From the NCBI GenBank assembly GCA_032128375.1, contig JAQBGU010000246.1, forward strand, positions 37,008 through 101,007: a stretch of 64,000 nucleotides of DNA. Direction: 5' to 3'. Each line of letters opens with the position of its first letter. Positions within the stretch are counted from its first letter, which is position 1. A model generated the notes under the pieces. It was not told the origin of the DNA. It did no database searches and was given only the letters and a program-made list of their open reading frames with translations. Below are positions 29,768 through 39,308 of this stretch, piece after piece. The DNA is from Deltaproteobacteria bacterium (GTDB lineage Bacteria; Myxococcota_A; UBA9160; SMWR01). Position numbers and translations under genes: made by a program.

Positions 29768-30418
29768 ATGAGCCTCGACGTCATCGGCGCCGGTTTCGGT
29801 CGCACCGGAACGCTGTCACTGAAGGTTGCACTGGAGCGGATCGGCTTTGGCCCCTGTTATCACATGATCGAGGTTCACAAGAATCCGAGTCACGCCGAAC
29901 TGTGGTCCAGCGCGGCGGATCGTCACCCGACGGATTGGAGCGCGCTGTTCGACGGGTGGGGGTCGGTAGTCGACTGGCCTGCGAGCTATTTCTGGCGCGA
30001 GCTCGCCGAGCATTTTCCCGACGCAAAAGTGCTGCTCAGCGTGCGCGACGCGGATCGCTGGTACGACAGTGTGATGGCAACGATCTATCAGGCCATGACT
30101 CGCGGAATGCCCGAGGGCGCTCCGGATGCCTTCGTACGGCAGGGCGAGATGGCGAAGAAGATCGTCTTCGGTCGGACGTTCGCGGATCGTTTGGAGGATC
30201 GCGCTCACGCGATCGAGACATTCGAGCGACACAACCAGGCCGTACGCGACGCTTTTGCCGGTGGTGGGCGTCTGCTCGAGTTCGAGGCATCACAGGGTTG
30301 GGTGCCGCTGTGCGAATTTCTCGACAAGGCCGTTCCCGACGAGGACTTCCCTCGCATCAATGACACCGCGTCGTTTCAAGAACGCTTCGCTCTGGCGGGG
30401 GAAACACCAGAGTCCTGA
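29768..30418 (+). CDS. Sulfotransferase-family (Sulfotransfer_4-like) protein
   Basis: VIGAGFGRTGTLSLKVALE, PCYHM, VDWP, GWVPLCEFL, FPRIN. Confidence 0.88.
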   Translation: MSLDVIGAGFGRTGTLSLKVALERIGFGPCYHMIEVHKNPSHAELWSSAADRHPTDWSALFDGWGSVVDWPASYFWRELAEHFPDAKVLLSVRDADRWYDSVMATIYQAMTRGMPEGAPDAFVRQGEMAKKIVFGRTFADRLEDRAHAIETFERHNQAVRDAFAGGGRLLEFEASQGWVPLCEFLDKAVPDEDFPRINDTASFQERFALAGETPES

Positions 30419-30425
30419 CACGAAC

Positions 30426-31478
30426 TCAGCTCGACGCCGTGTCTCGTGTGCCCGCCAATTCGGCCAGCAGTTCCATGCCCTCCGGTTGGCTCGAGAAAAC
30501 CGTCAATCCGGTCAAGCCGCAATTTTCCCAGGCGCGATAGCGCTCTCGGATGCGCTCGATCGGACCGATCAACGCGCCCTCATCGCAGAATTCGTCCGGA
30601 ACCGCTGCAGTCGCTTCTGACTTGCGGCCGGCCAGGTAGAGTTCCTGGATGCGCGCTGCCGCCTCTGGGAAGCCGCGCCGCACCATCATGTCGTTGTGGA
30701 AGTTCTTGGTTTTGTGGCCCATTCCGCCCGCGTAGAGCGCGATATTGGGCTTCATCCGATCGAGCGCGCTGCGGATATCATCGGTGACGACGACGCTCAC
30801 GCCGCTCTGAATCTCGAGGTCGTCGATGCCCTTGTCGTTCCCCGCCCGCCGAAAGCCCTCTTCCAGCCACGGTTGGTAGGTCTTCATCATCCCCGGCACG
30901 AAGCTGAGCGGGAACCAGCCATCGGCGATCTCGGCTGTGAGTTTCACGTTGGCTTCCGTGCCGGTTCCCAGCCAGATTGGAATCTTCGGGTTCATGTGCA
31001 GAATCGACTTCAGCGGCTTGCCGATTCCCATGCTACCTTTTCCGGTGTAGGGCAAGGAAATTTCCTTGCCCTGGTGTGAAACCGGCTCCTCGCGCAGAAA
31101 AATTTTACGCATGATGGTGACGTAGTCGCGAATTCTCCAATACGGCCGCCCCCAGGGCTCGCCGTACCAGCCCTCGACGATCTGCGGTCCGCTGACTCCC
31201 AGGCCCGCTATGAATCGGTTGCCGCCGGCCAGCGCATCGATCGTTGCTGCCTGCATCGCAGCCATCGCTGGGGAGCGCCCGGCCAGCTGCATGATCGATG
31301 TTCCGAGCCGGATGCGTTTGGTGAGCGCCGCCAGGTAGGCGAGCGGGGATGTCGCATCCGACCCGTAGGCTTCAGCCGTCCAGACCGAGTCGAAACCCAA
31401 CTCCTCGGCGCGCAATACGAGTTTCACAGGCAGGTTCATCTGGGCGCCCGAGTAGCCCAACATCAATCCGAGTTTCAT
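30426..31478 (-). CDS. LLM-class (probably F420-dependent) oxidoreductase
   Basis: GFDSVWTAEAYGSDA, RLGTSIMQ, GLGVSGPQIVEGWYG. Confidence 0.9.
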   Translation of the reverse strand: MKLGLMLGYSGAQMNLPVKLVLRAEELGFDSVWTAEAYGSDATSPLAYLAALTKRIRLGTSIMQLAGRSPAMAAMQAATIDALAGGNRFIAGLGVSGPQIVEGWYGEPWGRPYWRIRDYVTIMRKIFLREEPVSHQGKEISLPYTGKGSMGIGKPLKSILHMNPKIPIWLGTGTEANVKLTAEIADGWFPLSFVPGMMKTYQPWLEEGFRRAGNDKGIDDLEIQSGVSVVVTDDIRSALDRMKPNIALYAGGMGHKTKNFHNDMMVRRGFPEAAARIQELYLAGRKSEATAAVPDEFCDEGALIGPIERIRERYRAWENCGLTGLTVFSSQPEGMELLAELAGTRDTASS

Positions 31479-31657
31479 TTCGGTTCGCTCCCGTCGATCG
31501 TCGCGACATGCTTTTCAGTGCAATATGGCGTGAAGCGGAAAGTTACTGAATCTTCGCGTGCTGTGTCCCCGGCTGAGCCCAATCGGGGAGTCAGATGGCT
31601 CCGGGGCGAAGAACGGCCGAACACTCGAGGCAGCCACCATCGAGAGTCATCCCGCGC

Positions 31658-32611
31658 TCAGCCGAGCCCGATCTCGTGAAGGCGTTCGGCGAGAAAATCG
31701 CCGGCGGTGATTGGGGGAGTGCGTGGAGGAGCGTCGGGTGCAATGAATTGCGGTAGCACACTCAAGTCGCACTCCGGTCGTGGGTGTGCGAAGAACGCCA
31801 GCGAGTAGCGATGGCTCGTCGATGGCCCGGCTGGGTTCGTGACGCGATGGGTGGTCGCTGGAATCGCGCCGTTGGTCATTCGCGCCAGCATGTCGCCGGC
31901 ATTGACCACGAGCTGGCCAGTCGCTGCCTCGATGGGGAGCCAGCGTCCATCGGGGCGGAGAATCTCCAGGCCGGCATCGCTTGCTTCACAGAGTAGTGTG
32001 ATCAGATTGATGTCCTCGTGTGGCGCGGCGCGCAGGGCTGCGGGATGGGCGTCGCGCGGGATCGGCGGATAATGCAGCGCTCGCAGCACGTGGTTTCCGT
32101 CGCGCAGCATGCCGGAGAATGTGCCTGCAGGCAGCCCGCCCGCGAGTTCGAGGGCTTCGAGCAGGACCGTTGCACAGGTTTCGAGTGCGTCGAACAGCAG
32201 TGTCGCGTGGGTCTCGATTGATGGGGGAGCAGGCGGCCAGATGTTTTCCGGGTAATTGTCGAATGCCGGATTGCTGCGGTCCAGCGTTGGACCCACGTGG
32301 AAGAACTCCTTCAGGTCGGGAACAGCGTGATCGAGCGCGTGTTCGATACCGAACCCGGTGTAGCCCCGCTGGCCTCCGGCCGAGCCACCGGATTCGGCCT
32401 TCTTGCGACGATCGAGTGCGAAGAACTGCTCGAATGCCCGGTAGACCTCAGCGACACTGCCCGGCCCGGAGCCTCGCAGCGGGGGTTGATCGAGGATCAC
32501 GAAGCCAAAGTCCCGGAACGCGTCATGCAAGGCGCGCGCGAAGGCGGCCGCATCCCACGACACGAAATCGGAGAAGTTCAGCGTCGGAACAGAGGCAGGC
32601 GACTCCATCAA
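31658..32611 (-). CDS. Isopenicillin N synthase-like 2OG-Fe(II) oxygenase
   Basis: LRALHYPP, HEDINLITLL (HxD), VNAGDML, TTHRV, RYS. Confidence 0.92.
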   Translation of the reverse strand: MMESPASVPTLNFSDFVSWDAAAFARALHDAFRDFGFVILDQPPLRGSGPGSVAEVYRAFEQFFALDRRKKAESGGSAGGQRGYTGFGIEHALDHAVPDLKEFFHVGPTLDRSNPAFDNYPENIWPPAPPSIETHATLLFDALETCATVLLEALELAGGLPAGTFSGMLRDGNHVLRALHYPPIPRDAHPAALRAAPHEDINLITLLCEASDAGLEILRPDGRWLPIEAATGQLVVNAGDMLARMTNGAIPATTHRVTNPAGPSTSHRYSLAFFAHPRPECDLSVLPQFIAPDAPPRTPPITAGDFLAERLHEIGLG

Positions 32612-32936
32612 GAGGAAATTCTACGGTCCGGGGGGATAGCGCGCGAGATCTGGCAGTCCGCTGAAGAACCGTGGCGGCCGAAGGGATTCTCAACGGCGGC
32701 TCAAAAAGCGCTCTGCCTCTTGGCGAGGGAGCTGGGAGCCCAGCTCGTACCGGGACGAATCTGAATGGTTCGTGGCCCCGAGTGACATCCGGGAATGATT
32801 CAACCCCAGTAGGTCCACTGGTTCGGGGAGTTGCGCGATCTTGCAGAGCAATCGGGTCGACACTTCAAACGCGACATGACTCACCCTGGTGGAGACGCGA
32901 TGCTCCTATCTGCGCCCAGTCAACCGGAGAACCACC

Positions 32937-33761
32937 GTGAACCTGCACCTGACTTCCGCCCTGAGACGTGCCGCCCCACTGTTGCGCCTGTCCGGCCCGG
33001 CCGGCCCCCCACCCGAAATCGCTGAGAGCGGCGACGAACTGGTTTGTCCGGCGACGGGTCGCAGCGTCGTCGTGCGCGATGGCATCGTCGATCTGCTGGG
33101 GGCCGACTTCGATCCGAATGTCGGTCAGCGCTTGCTCGATACGGGGCCGAGTGCCTGGTTCTACGACCTGATCCGGCCGCGCCTCGGACCGCTGGTTGGC
33201 ATGCCGGCATTCGATTCTGAAGTGAACAATGTCGTCGAACGGCTGGCGCTCGAGCCCGGCTCGACCGTACTCGACATCGCTTGCGGTCAGGGAAATTTCA
33301 CACTCGAGCTCGCACGTGTCGTCGGCCCGCATGGGCTGGTGATTGGACTCGACATCGCCGGCGCGATGCTGAAACGCGCGGCGAAGCATCTGCGCGAGTC
33401 GGGTCTTTCGAACGTGGTGTTGTTGCGCGGCGATGCGCAGGACCTCCCGTTTGCCGATGCATGCCTCGCGCACATCAACTGCTCGGGTGGGCTCCACCAG
33501 TTTCCCGACGTGAAACGCGCCTTGGCGGAGATGGCGCGCGCCAACCAACTGGGTGGCAAAATGGCGATCAGTGGGTTCGCGTCGCCGACTCGGGATTCCA
33601 ATGTCGGCTTCCGGCGCTGGGTGCAGCGCGGCGACATGAATTTCGTCCCGATGAACGAGCTGGAAGCGGATATGCAAAGTGCAGGTTACGAACAGGTCGG
33701 TGGAGACATGGGCCGTTGGGTGGGATACCGGTGGGGGACCAGGAGCCTCACGCGAACTTGA
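32937..33761 (+). CDS. Class I SAM-dependent methyltransferase
   Basis: VLDIACGQG, GLDIA, RGDAQDLPF; GGAG RBS before GTG 32937. Confidence 0.9.
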   Translation: MNLHLTSALRRAAPLLRLSGPAGPPPEIAESGDELVCPATGRSVVVRDGIVDLLGADFDPNVGQRLLDTGPSAWFYDLIRPRLGPLVGMPAFDSEVNNVVERLALEPGSTVLDIACGQGNFTLELARVVGPHGLVIGLDIAGAMLKRAAKHLRESGLSNVVLLRGDAQDLPFADACLAHINCSGGLHQFPDVKRALAEMARANQLGGKMAISGFASPTRDSNVGFRRWVQRGDMNFVPMNELEADMQSAGYEQVGGDMGRWVGYRWGTRSLTRT

Positions 33762-33916
33762 TTATTAATAGGCGAATTGCTGCCGGATTCCCGTTGGCAG
33801 AGCACGCGGTCGCATCACAGCCGGTTCAACCCTGCGGTCGTACCGGCTGGCCGTCCGCGTCGACGACGTGAACGGCAAAACCATTCAGTACAGCTCGTGT
33901 GGCGGAATCGGTTGCC

Positions 33917-34738
33917 TCAGTCCTTCGGCGCGAAGAGCGCGAGCATCGGCCGCATCATTTCCTCATCGCTGCCCGCGCGCCAGCTGGCCAGCAGGCCGGA
34001 ACCCATCGGATCGCAGGAGTTTCGAAGCGGGGCGTCGTCGCAGAGAATCGCATCGACGATCTGTCGAGCGGCCTCGCTCGCAGGTGTCGTCATCCCGGCT
34101 GCAAGCGCGCGGTTCGCACGAACGCGTTCGCCCAGTTGGGAATATCCGGGTTTCTCTGCACCTTCCGGAAGCAGGCGAGAAGCCGCGAGCATCTCGGTAG
34201 CGATGGCACCGGGCATGATTTCGACGACCCGGATTCCGAACTCGGCGAGTTCGGTGCGCAGCGATTCACCCAATGCGCTGATGGCCGCCTTGCTCGCGCG
34301 ATATACACCAAAGAAAGGCATCGGTACCAGAGTCGAGCACGAGGTGATGTTGCAGATGACTCCGCCACCTGCCCGACGCAGCGAAGGGATCGCGCGACGC
34401 GTCACATCGACCAGCCCGAAGACGTTCGTTTCGAACATGCGCCGCCAGTGGTCGATGGACGTGTGCTCGATCGCGTGGTTTTCGAGTTCGATAGCGGCGT
34501 TGTTGACGAGAACGCGAAGTCCCTCCGGCGGCGTCCAGGTGTCGGCCGCAGTCACGTCGAGCGTTGTGATCGCGAGACTCACACCGGCCTGCTTTGCGAT
34601 GCTCGAGAGTTCCGCTCCGTCTGCCGGATTTCGCATGCTCGCGATGACGTCGAAGCCCCGCAAACCGAGTTCCAACGCGGTGGCACGGCCGATGCCCCGG
34701 CTTGCTCCAGTGACCAGCGCAATCCCCATGGGTTCCAT
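33917..34738 (-). CDS. SDR family oxidoreductase
   Basis: TGASRGIG, VNNA, YRASK. Confidence 0.9.
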   Translation of the reverse strand: MEPMGIALVTGASRGIGRATALELGLRGFDVIASMRNPADGAELSSIAKQAGVSLAITTLDVTAADTWTPPEGLRVLVNNAAIELENHAIEHTSIDHWRRMFETNVFGLVDVTRRAIPSLRRAGGGVICNITSCSTLVPMPFFGVYRASKAAISALGESLRTELAEFGIRVVEIMPGAIATEMLAASRLLPEGAEKPGYSQLGERVRANRALAAGMTTPASEAARQIVDAILCDDAPLRNSCDPMGSGLLASWRAGSDEEMMRPMLALFAPKD

Positions 34739-34936
34739 ACTCGGCTCCGCGTGAGCCCCCAGGGTCGGGGAGCGTCGCATGGAGTATGTCGCAACCGCGC
34801 TGGTTCGCGAATGAGCGAGTTCGCGAAACGAGTCGCACCTGCGCTATCCCGTGCTTCCGCGCTGAATTCACCCTCAATCCACGCTGGCTCCACCGCGTCC
34901 CCCGATCCGCCCCTCATTTCGCCCAGGAGACCGTCG

Positions 34937-35902
34937 ATGCGTGCAGTCCAATGTCTGGAATTCGGTCAGCCGCTCCGGATTGCGGAACTCGATGAGCCGA
35001 CACCCCGAGTCGGGCAGGTGTGCATCGATGTCGAAGCGTGCGGCGTCAACTATGTGGATGCGCTGATCGTTCGCGGCGAGTACCAGATCAAACCGCCGAC
35101 ACCTTTCGTTGCGGGAAGTGAAGTGGCCGGACGCGTCTGCGCGGTCGGCGACGGCGTCGAAGCCGTAGACGTCGGCGACCGTGTGTTCTCGATGACGGGC
35201 TTCGGCGGGTTCGCCGAACGCGTCGCGGTTGCGGTCGATCGGGTTTCGCGCATACCGGAGTCGATGAGCGCTGGCCAGGCGGCTGCCTTTACCCAGAGCT
35301 ACTCGACGGCTTTGTTCTCGCTGCGCGACCGCGGACGCCTGGCAGCGGGCGAGACTGTTCTGGTGCTGGGGGCGGCCGGAGGTGTAGGGCGCGCGGCGAT
35401 CGATGTGGCGAAGGCGCTTGGAGCCAGGGTCATCGCCGCTGCATCTTCAGCCGAGAAACTCGAGGCGTGCAGCTCACTCGGCGCCGACGCGGTCATCGAC
35501 TATTCGAACGAAGATCTCAAGACCCGCGCGCGCGAACTTTCGGATGGTGGAGTCGACCTCGTGATGGATCCGATCGGCGGCGCCATGGCGGAGCCGGCAT
35601 TGCGCGCCATGGGCTTCCTCGGCCGATACCTGGTGATCGGCTTCGCTGCAGGCGAAATTCCGCGCTTGCCACTGAATCAAGTTCTGCTCCGCAACCGCAG
35701 TATCGTCGGTGTCGACTGGGGCGCATGGATGATTTCGAACTCCGCAGGGCAACGAGCGCTGCTCGGCGAGCTGCTCGCGATGGTCGAAGCGGGCGAACTC
35801 TCGCCGAGCGAGCCGAGCGAGTATCGCCTCGAACAAGTCGAGACCGCGCTCGACGACTTGATGAATCGACGGGTAAACGGAAAAGCCGTTCTGGTTCCCT
35901 GA
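34937..35902 (+). CDS. NADPH:quinone oxidoreductase (MDR/zeta-crystallin family)
   Basis: AGGAG RBS; GVNYVD, GEYQIKP, GAAGGVG, IGFAAGEIP. Confidence 0.92.
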   Translation: MRAVQCLEFGQPLRIAELDEPTPRVGQVCIDVEACGVNYVDALIVRGEYQIKPPTPFVAGSEVAGRVCAVGDGVEAVDVGDRVFSMTGFGGFAERVAVAVDRVSRIPESMSAGQAAAFTQSYSTALFSLRDRGRLAAGETVLVLGAAGGVGRAAIDVAKALGARVIAAASSAEKLEACSSLGADAVIDYSNEDLKTRARELSDGGVDLVMDPIGGAMAEPALRAMGFLGRYLVIGFAAGEIPRLPLNQVLLRNRSIVGVDWGAWMISNSAGQRALLGELLAMVEAGELSPSEPSEYRLEQVETALDDLMNRRVNGKAVLVP

Positions 35903-36006
35903 CCTCGATCAGAAGTCTGACCCTTGAAAGATCGGGACCAGGCCCGCGTGTTCGAGTCGTTCACGGGTGTCGCCCCGACGGCCGCGGCCGCAAGGCAACC
36001 GCGCGC

Positions 36007-37344
36007 TCAGAGCCGATCGAGCGTTTTCTCCAGCGCTGCAAAAAGAGTGTCGATCTCATCGCGCGAGATGACCAGCGGCGGAGCCAACGCGATCGCGGTC
36101 TCGAGGCCGCGAACGATCACACCCTGCTCGCGCGCAATGTCGGCGGCGCGAGAACCGATCGATCTGCCAGCGATCGCGGGGTCGTCCAGCAGCTCGATGG
36201 CGCCGATCAACCCGGTCGCGCGTACTTCCGCCACGGCCGGGTGATTTTCGAACCGCGTCAAACCTGCTACGAAGTAGGGACCGATTTCGTCGCGAACGTA
36301 CGGGATCAGCTGACGCTCTTCGATCTCTTCGAGGTTGGCGAGCGCCGCCGCTGCGCAGGTTGGGTGGCCCGAGTAGGTGTGGCCGTGCGCGAAATGGCCG
36401 CCGCCGAGGAGTTCTTCGGACAGCGAGTCGGAAAACAGCGTTGCACCCATCGGCAGGTAGCCGCTCGTCAGGCCTTTGGCGAGCGTGATCAAATCCGGTT
36501 CCAGCGACCACAGCGAACTGGCGAACCAGCTACCGAGCCGCCCGAAGCCGGTGATGACCTCGTCGGCGACGAACAGGATTCCGAAGTCTCGCGCGAGCTT
36601 GCGCAGCTCACGCAGGTACCCGTCCGGCGGAACGATTACGCCCCCCGCCCCCTGAACCGGCTCGATGAACATCGCTGCGATCGTCTCGGGGCCTTCCGCT
36701 TCGATGAGGCTCCGCGTCTCGTCGATACACCAGTTCCCGTAGGCCGCTCGATCGAGTTCGCTGCGTGCCGCATAGGGATGCGGCGCGGGTGCGTGAATGA
36801 AGCCGGGCAGGGGCAAATCGAACGGGTCCTGGCACGCCGGCAACCCGGTCATGCTGGTCGTGGCCAACGTGACGCCGTGATAGGCGAAATGGCGGGTGAG
36901 GATCTTCGTGCGCCGCGGTTGTCCGCGCATCTTCTGGACGCTTCGGACTACCTTCAGCGCGGCCTCGTTCGCTTCCGATCCCGAGCCGCAGAACAGCGCG
37001 TGGTTTACGCCCGGCGGCGCGATTTGGGCCAGCCGCTGTGCGAGTCGAATCGCTGGTTCGTTCGACGAATTGAAAAACGACGGATAGAAGGGCAGGCGCC
37101 GGATCTGTTCATTGACCGCAGCGGCGATCTTCTTCGAGCCGTAGCCGACGTTGACACACCACAAGCCGGCAAGACCATCGAGTAGCCGACGGCCTTCTGC
37201 ATCGGTCACCCAGCAACCTTCGGCTTCGGTGATCAGGTGTGTGCCCGCCGCATGAAGTTCTGCGTGATCGGTGTAGGGATGGATATGATGAGCGCGATCC
37301 GATGTGCGCAGTGCGTCGAGCGCGGACTTGGATAGCTTGGGCAT
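36007..37344 (-). CDS. Class III PLP-dependent aminotransferase (omega-amino acid/putrescine type)
   Basis: DGLAGLWCVNVG, SGSEAN, YHG, EPVQGAGG, ADEVITGFGRLG, AKG, HGHTYSGHP. Confidence 0.93.
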   Translation of the reverse strand: MPKLSKSALDALRTSDRAHHIHPYTDHAELHAAGTHLITEAEGCWVTDAEGRRLLDGLAGLWCVNVGYGSKKIAAAVNEQIRRLPFYPSFFNSSNEPAIRLAQRLAQIAPPGVNHALFCGSGSEANEAALKVVRSVQKMRGQPRRTKILTRHFAYHGVTLATTSMTGLPACQDPFDLPLPGFIHAPAPHPYAARSELDRAAYGNWCIDETRSLIEAEGPETIAAMFIEPVQGAGGVIVPPDGYLRELRKLARDFGILFVADEVITGFGRLGSWFASSLWSLEPDLITLAKGLTSGYLPMGATLFSDSLSEELLGGGHFAHGHTYSGHPTCAAAALANLEEIEERQLIPYVRDEIGPYFVAGLTRFENHPAVAEVRATGLIGAIELLDDPAIAGRSIGSRAADIAREQGVIVRGLETAIALAPPLVISRDEIDTLFAALEKTLDRL

Positions 37345-37392
37345 CGGTTCTCCTATCGGGAATGGTTGGGATCGCATGGGATCGGGAAGCGG

Positions 37393-38033
37393 TCAGCCGG
37401 TCGAAGTCTTCTGCAGGTTTGCAGCGAAGTTCGCAGGAACGATGAACAGTCCCTGCGCCTCGGCCACGAGCGCGCTGTCGGCGAACAACTTGGCTCCCGT
37501 CGTGATCTTGCGTCCGGCATTTTCGACCGTCCGGACTTCGAAGCACAGCTCCGTGTGCAGCGGGTGGGTCGCCGATAACGAACCGTCAGCGTGCCTGTCA
37601 TGGCAGCGATACCGACGTTCAAGTTGTGTTGTCCCATCACGCAATCGAACAAGTGTGAGACGTAGCCGCCATGAACGTGATCGGGCGGACCTTCCCAGGC
37701 GATGTCGAGTGCCAAACGACCGCGGGTAACGCCGTTGATCGTCTCGATTTCGACCGGCATCGACATCGGGTGTTGCGGCCCCACCAGAACGCCACTCAGG
37801 TAGAATGGCCGCCCTCGTTCAGGGTCACCGGGACGGCCGAGATTCAAGCCGGTGAGCCGTGCGTGCGGCTCGAGTCGCTCGAGGATCGCGTCGAGCTGCG
37901 CGATCGCCCAATCCATGTCGTCCGCATAGGATTCAGCTTCGTCGACCGTGCGGAGGGATTGCTGGTGCAACTTGGCGGCGAGCTGCCCCAAAGCTCCCGG
38001 AGCGCTACTGGAAATCGGAATCGGCGTTTTCAC
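37393..38033 (-). pseudogene. PaaI/hotdog thioesterase, split by a 1-nt frameshift near 37562
   Basis: EGPPDHVHGG...MTGTLTVRYRRPT in one frame; (P)LHTELCFEVRT...VAEAQGLFI in another; one C is missing from ACC-CCG (may be a sequencing error). Confidence 0.8.
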
Positions 38034-38045
38034 AGCTTCAGCTCT

Positions 38046-38143
38046 TCGAGGTAGAAAAGTCGAGGTAGAGAAGTCGAGGTAGAGAAGTCGAGGTAGAAAA
38101 GTCAAGGTAAAGAAGTCGAGGTAGAGAAGTCGAAGCAGAGAAG
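38046..38143. repeat. Tandem array, 7 copies of a 14-bp unit TCGAGGTAGA(G/A)AAG
   Basis: Units start at 38046, 38060, 38074, 38088, 38102, 38116 and 38130; fills the gap between the TauD and thioesterase genes. Confidence 0.95.
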
Positions 38144-38157
38144 GAATCCGACCCGGA

Positions 38158-39096
38158 TCAGGCGGGTCGATCCCCGGTGATCGCAACCCGCTCCATGACG
38201 CGCCGCCTCGGCCAGTAGTCGGAAGCCGCGTAGTGTTGCGTCGAACGGTTGTCCCAGATCGCGACGCTGCCGCGATCCCAGCGAAACCGACACTGGAACT
38301 CCGGAACGGTCGCCTGGCGACACAGCGTCTCGAGCAGAAGACCACCTTCGTCGGCGTCGAGGCCTTCGATGTGGCTGACGAAAACCGCGTTGACATACAG
38401 GATCTTGCGGCCGGTATCAGGGTTCGTACGCACCACCGGATGGCTCACCGCAGGGAACTCTCTCTGTTTCTCAGCGAGCGCTTCTGCAGCGAGGGCGCGG
38501 CCGAAGCTGTGTGTGAAATCGTGGACGGCACGCAGGCCTTCGATTCGACTCTTCATGTCGTCGTCGAGCGCTTCATAGGCCGTGACCATGTCTGCGAACA
38601 ATGTGTCGCCGGCTTGCCGGGGGACTTCGATCGAGCGAAGCACCGATGCGAGAGCGGGCCTTTCGCGCCAGCTCACATCGCTGTGCCAGAGGTTCTCGTA
38701 GCCCGAGAGGTCTTCGCCTTTTTCGAAGCGCACGACCTGCTCGTGATCTTGGCTGGCGTCCAGAAACGGGTGTTGTTCGAGCTCGCCGAATCGCTCTGCG
38801 AACGCGGTTTGTTCGGAGGCGCTGATGTTCTGGTTGCGGAAGAAGACGACCTTGTAGGCGAGCCAGGCGCGGCGAATCTCTTCGAATGTCGCATCTTCGA
38901 GCTTCGCAAGGTCGACGCCGCTGATCTCTGCACCGATGGTCGGGCCGATCGGCTCGACTTTGATGCGGTTGAACTGGAGGGCATCGAGCCTTTCGGCCTC
39001 TTCGCGAATCGCGACGCGAGGGCCTGGCTTCATCCCGATGAACGGCGGAACCTGCAGGCCTTGCGCTTGACTTGCGAAGTCGTGAATTTCTGCCAT
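38158..39096 (-). CDS. TauD/TfdA-family 2OG-dependent dioxygenase
   Basis: IGAEISGVDL, WHSDVS, GDTLFAD, HPVVRT, WDNRSTQH. Confidence 0.93.
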   Translation of the reverse strand: MAEIHDFASQAQGLQVPPFIGMKPGPRVAIREEAERLDALQFNRIKVEPIGPTIGAEISGVDLAKLEDATFEEIRRAWLAYKVVFFRNQNISASEQTAFAERFGELEQHPFLDASQDHEQVVRFEKGEDLSGYENLWHSDVSWRERPALASVLRSIEVPRQAGDTLFADMVTAYEALDDDMKSRIEGLRAVHDFTHSFGRALAAEALAEKQREFPAVSHPVVRTNPDTGRKILYVNAVFVSHIEGLDADEGGLLLETLCRQATVPEFQCRFRWDRGSVAIWDNRSTQHYAASDYWPRRRVMERVAITGDRPA

Positions 39097-39130
39097 CGGG
39101 GTCTCTGGGTTGGTGTGCAGCGCTTCACTT

Positions 39131-39152
39131 GATCTGATCTGATCTGATCTGA
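39131..39152. repeat. (GATCT)4 microsatellite
   Basis: GATCTGATCTGATCTGATCTGA in a divergent intergenic region. Confidence 0.9.
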
Positions 39153-39308
39153 GCTTCGTGTGGGCTCGAAAAGAGATGGATGTCGCTCGAATTGCGACTG
39201 GCACAGTATACCGTCGCTGTCGCAGAACGTGCACTGTCGCTAATCTGTGAGCCCCGATTCCGCCTGGTCCGGCGAACCAGGACGTGGCGAGCAACGTTGG
39301 AGGCCCTG

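Noticed and set aside
33899..34936. Long N-terminal extension of the 667-aa ORF
   Set aside because: Antisense shadow of the minus-strand SDR; the real gene starts at ATG 34937 with an AGGAG RBS
35467..37185. 572-aa plus-strand ORF and similar long antisense ORFs (e.g. 12106..13284, 40540..41526, 49744..50991)
   Set aside because: Arg-rich, no domains, opposite well-supported genes; typical GC-rich shadow ORFs
38046..38143. Possible CRISPR array (also considered for 139-222 and 56712-56750)
   Set aside because: Units are 12-14 bp, directly adjacent, with no spacers and no cas genes
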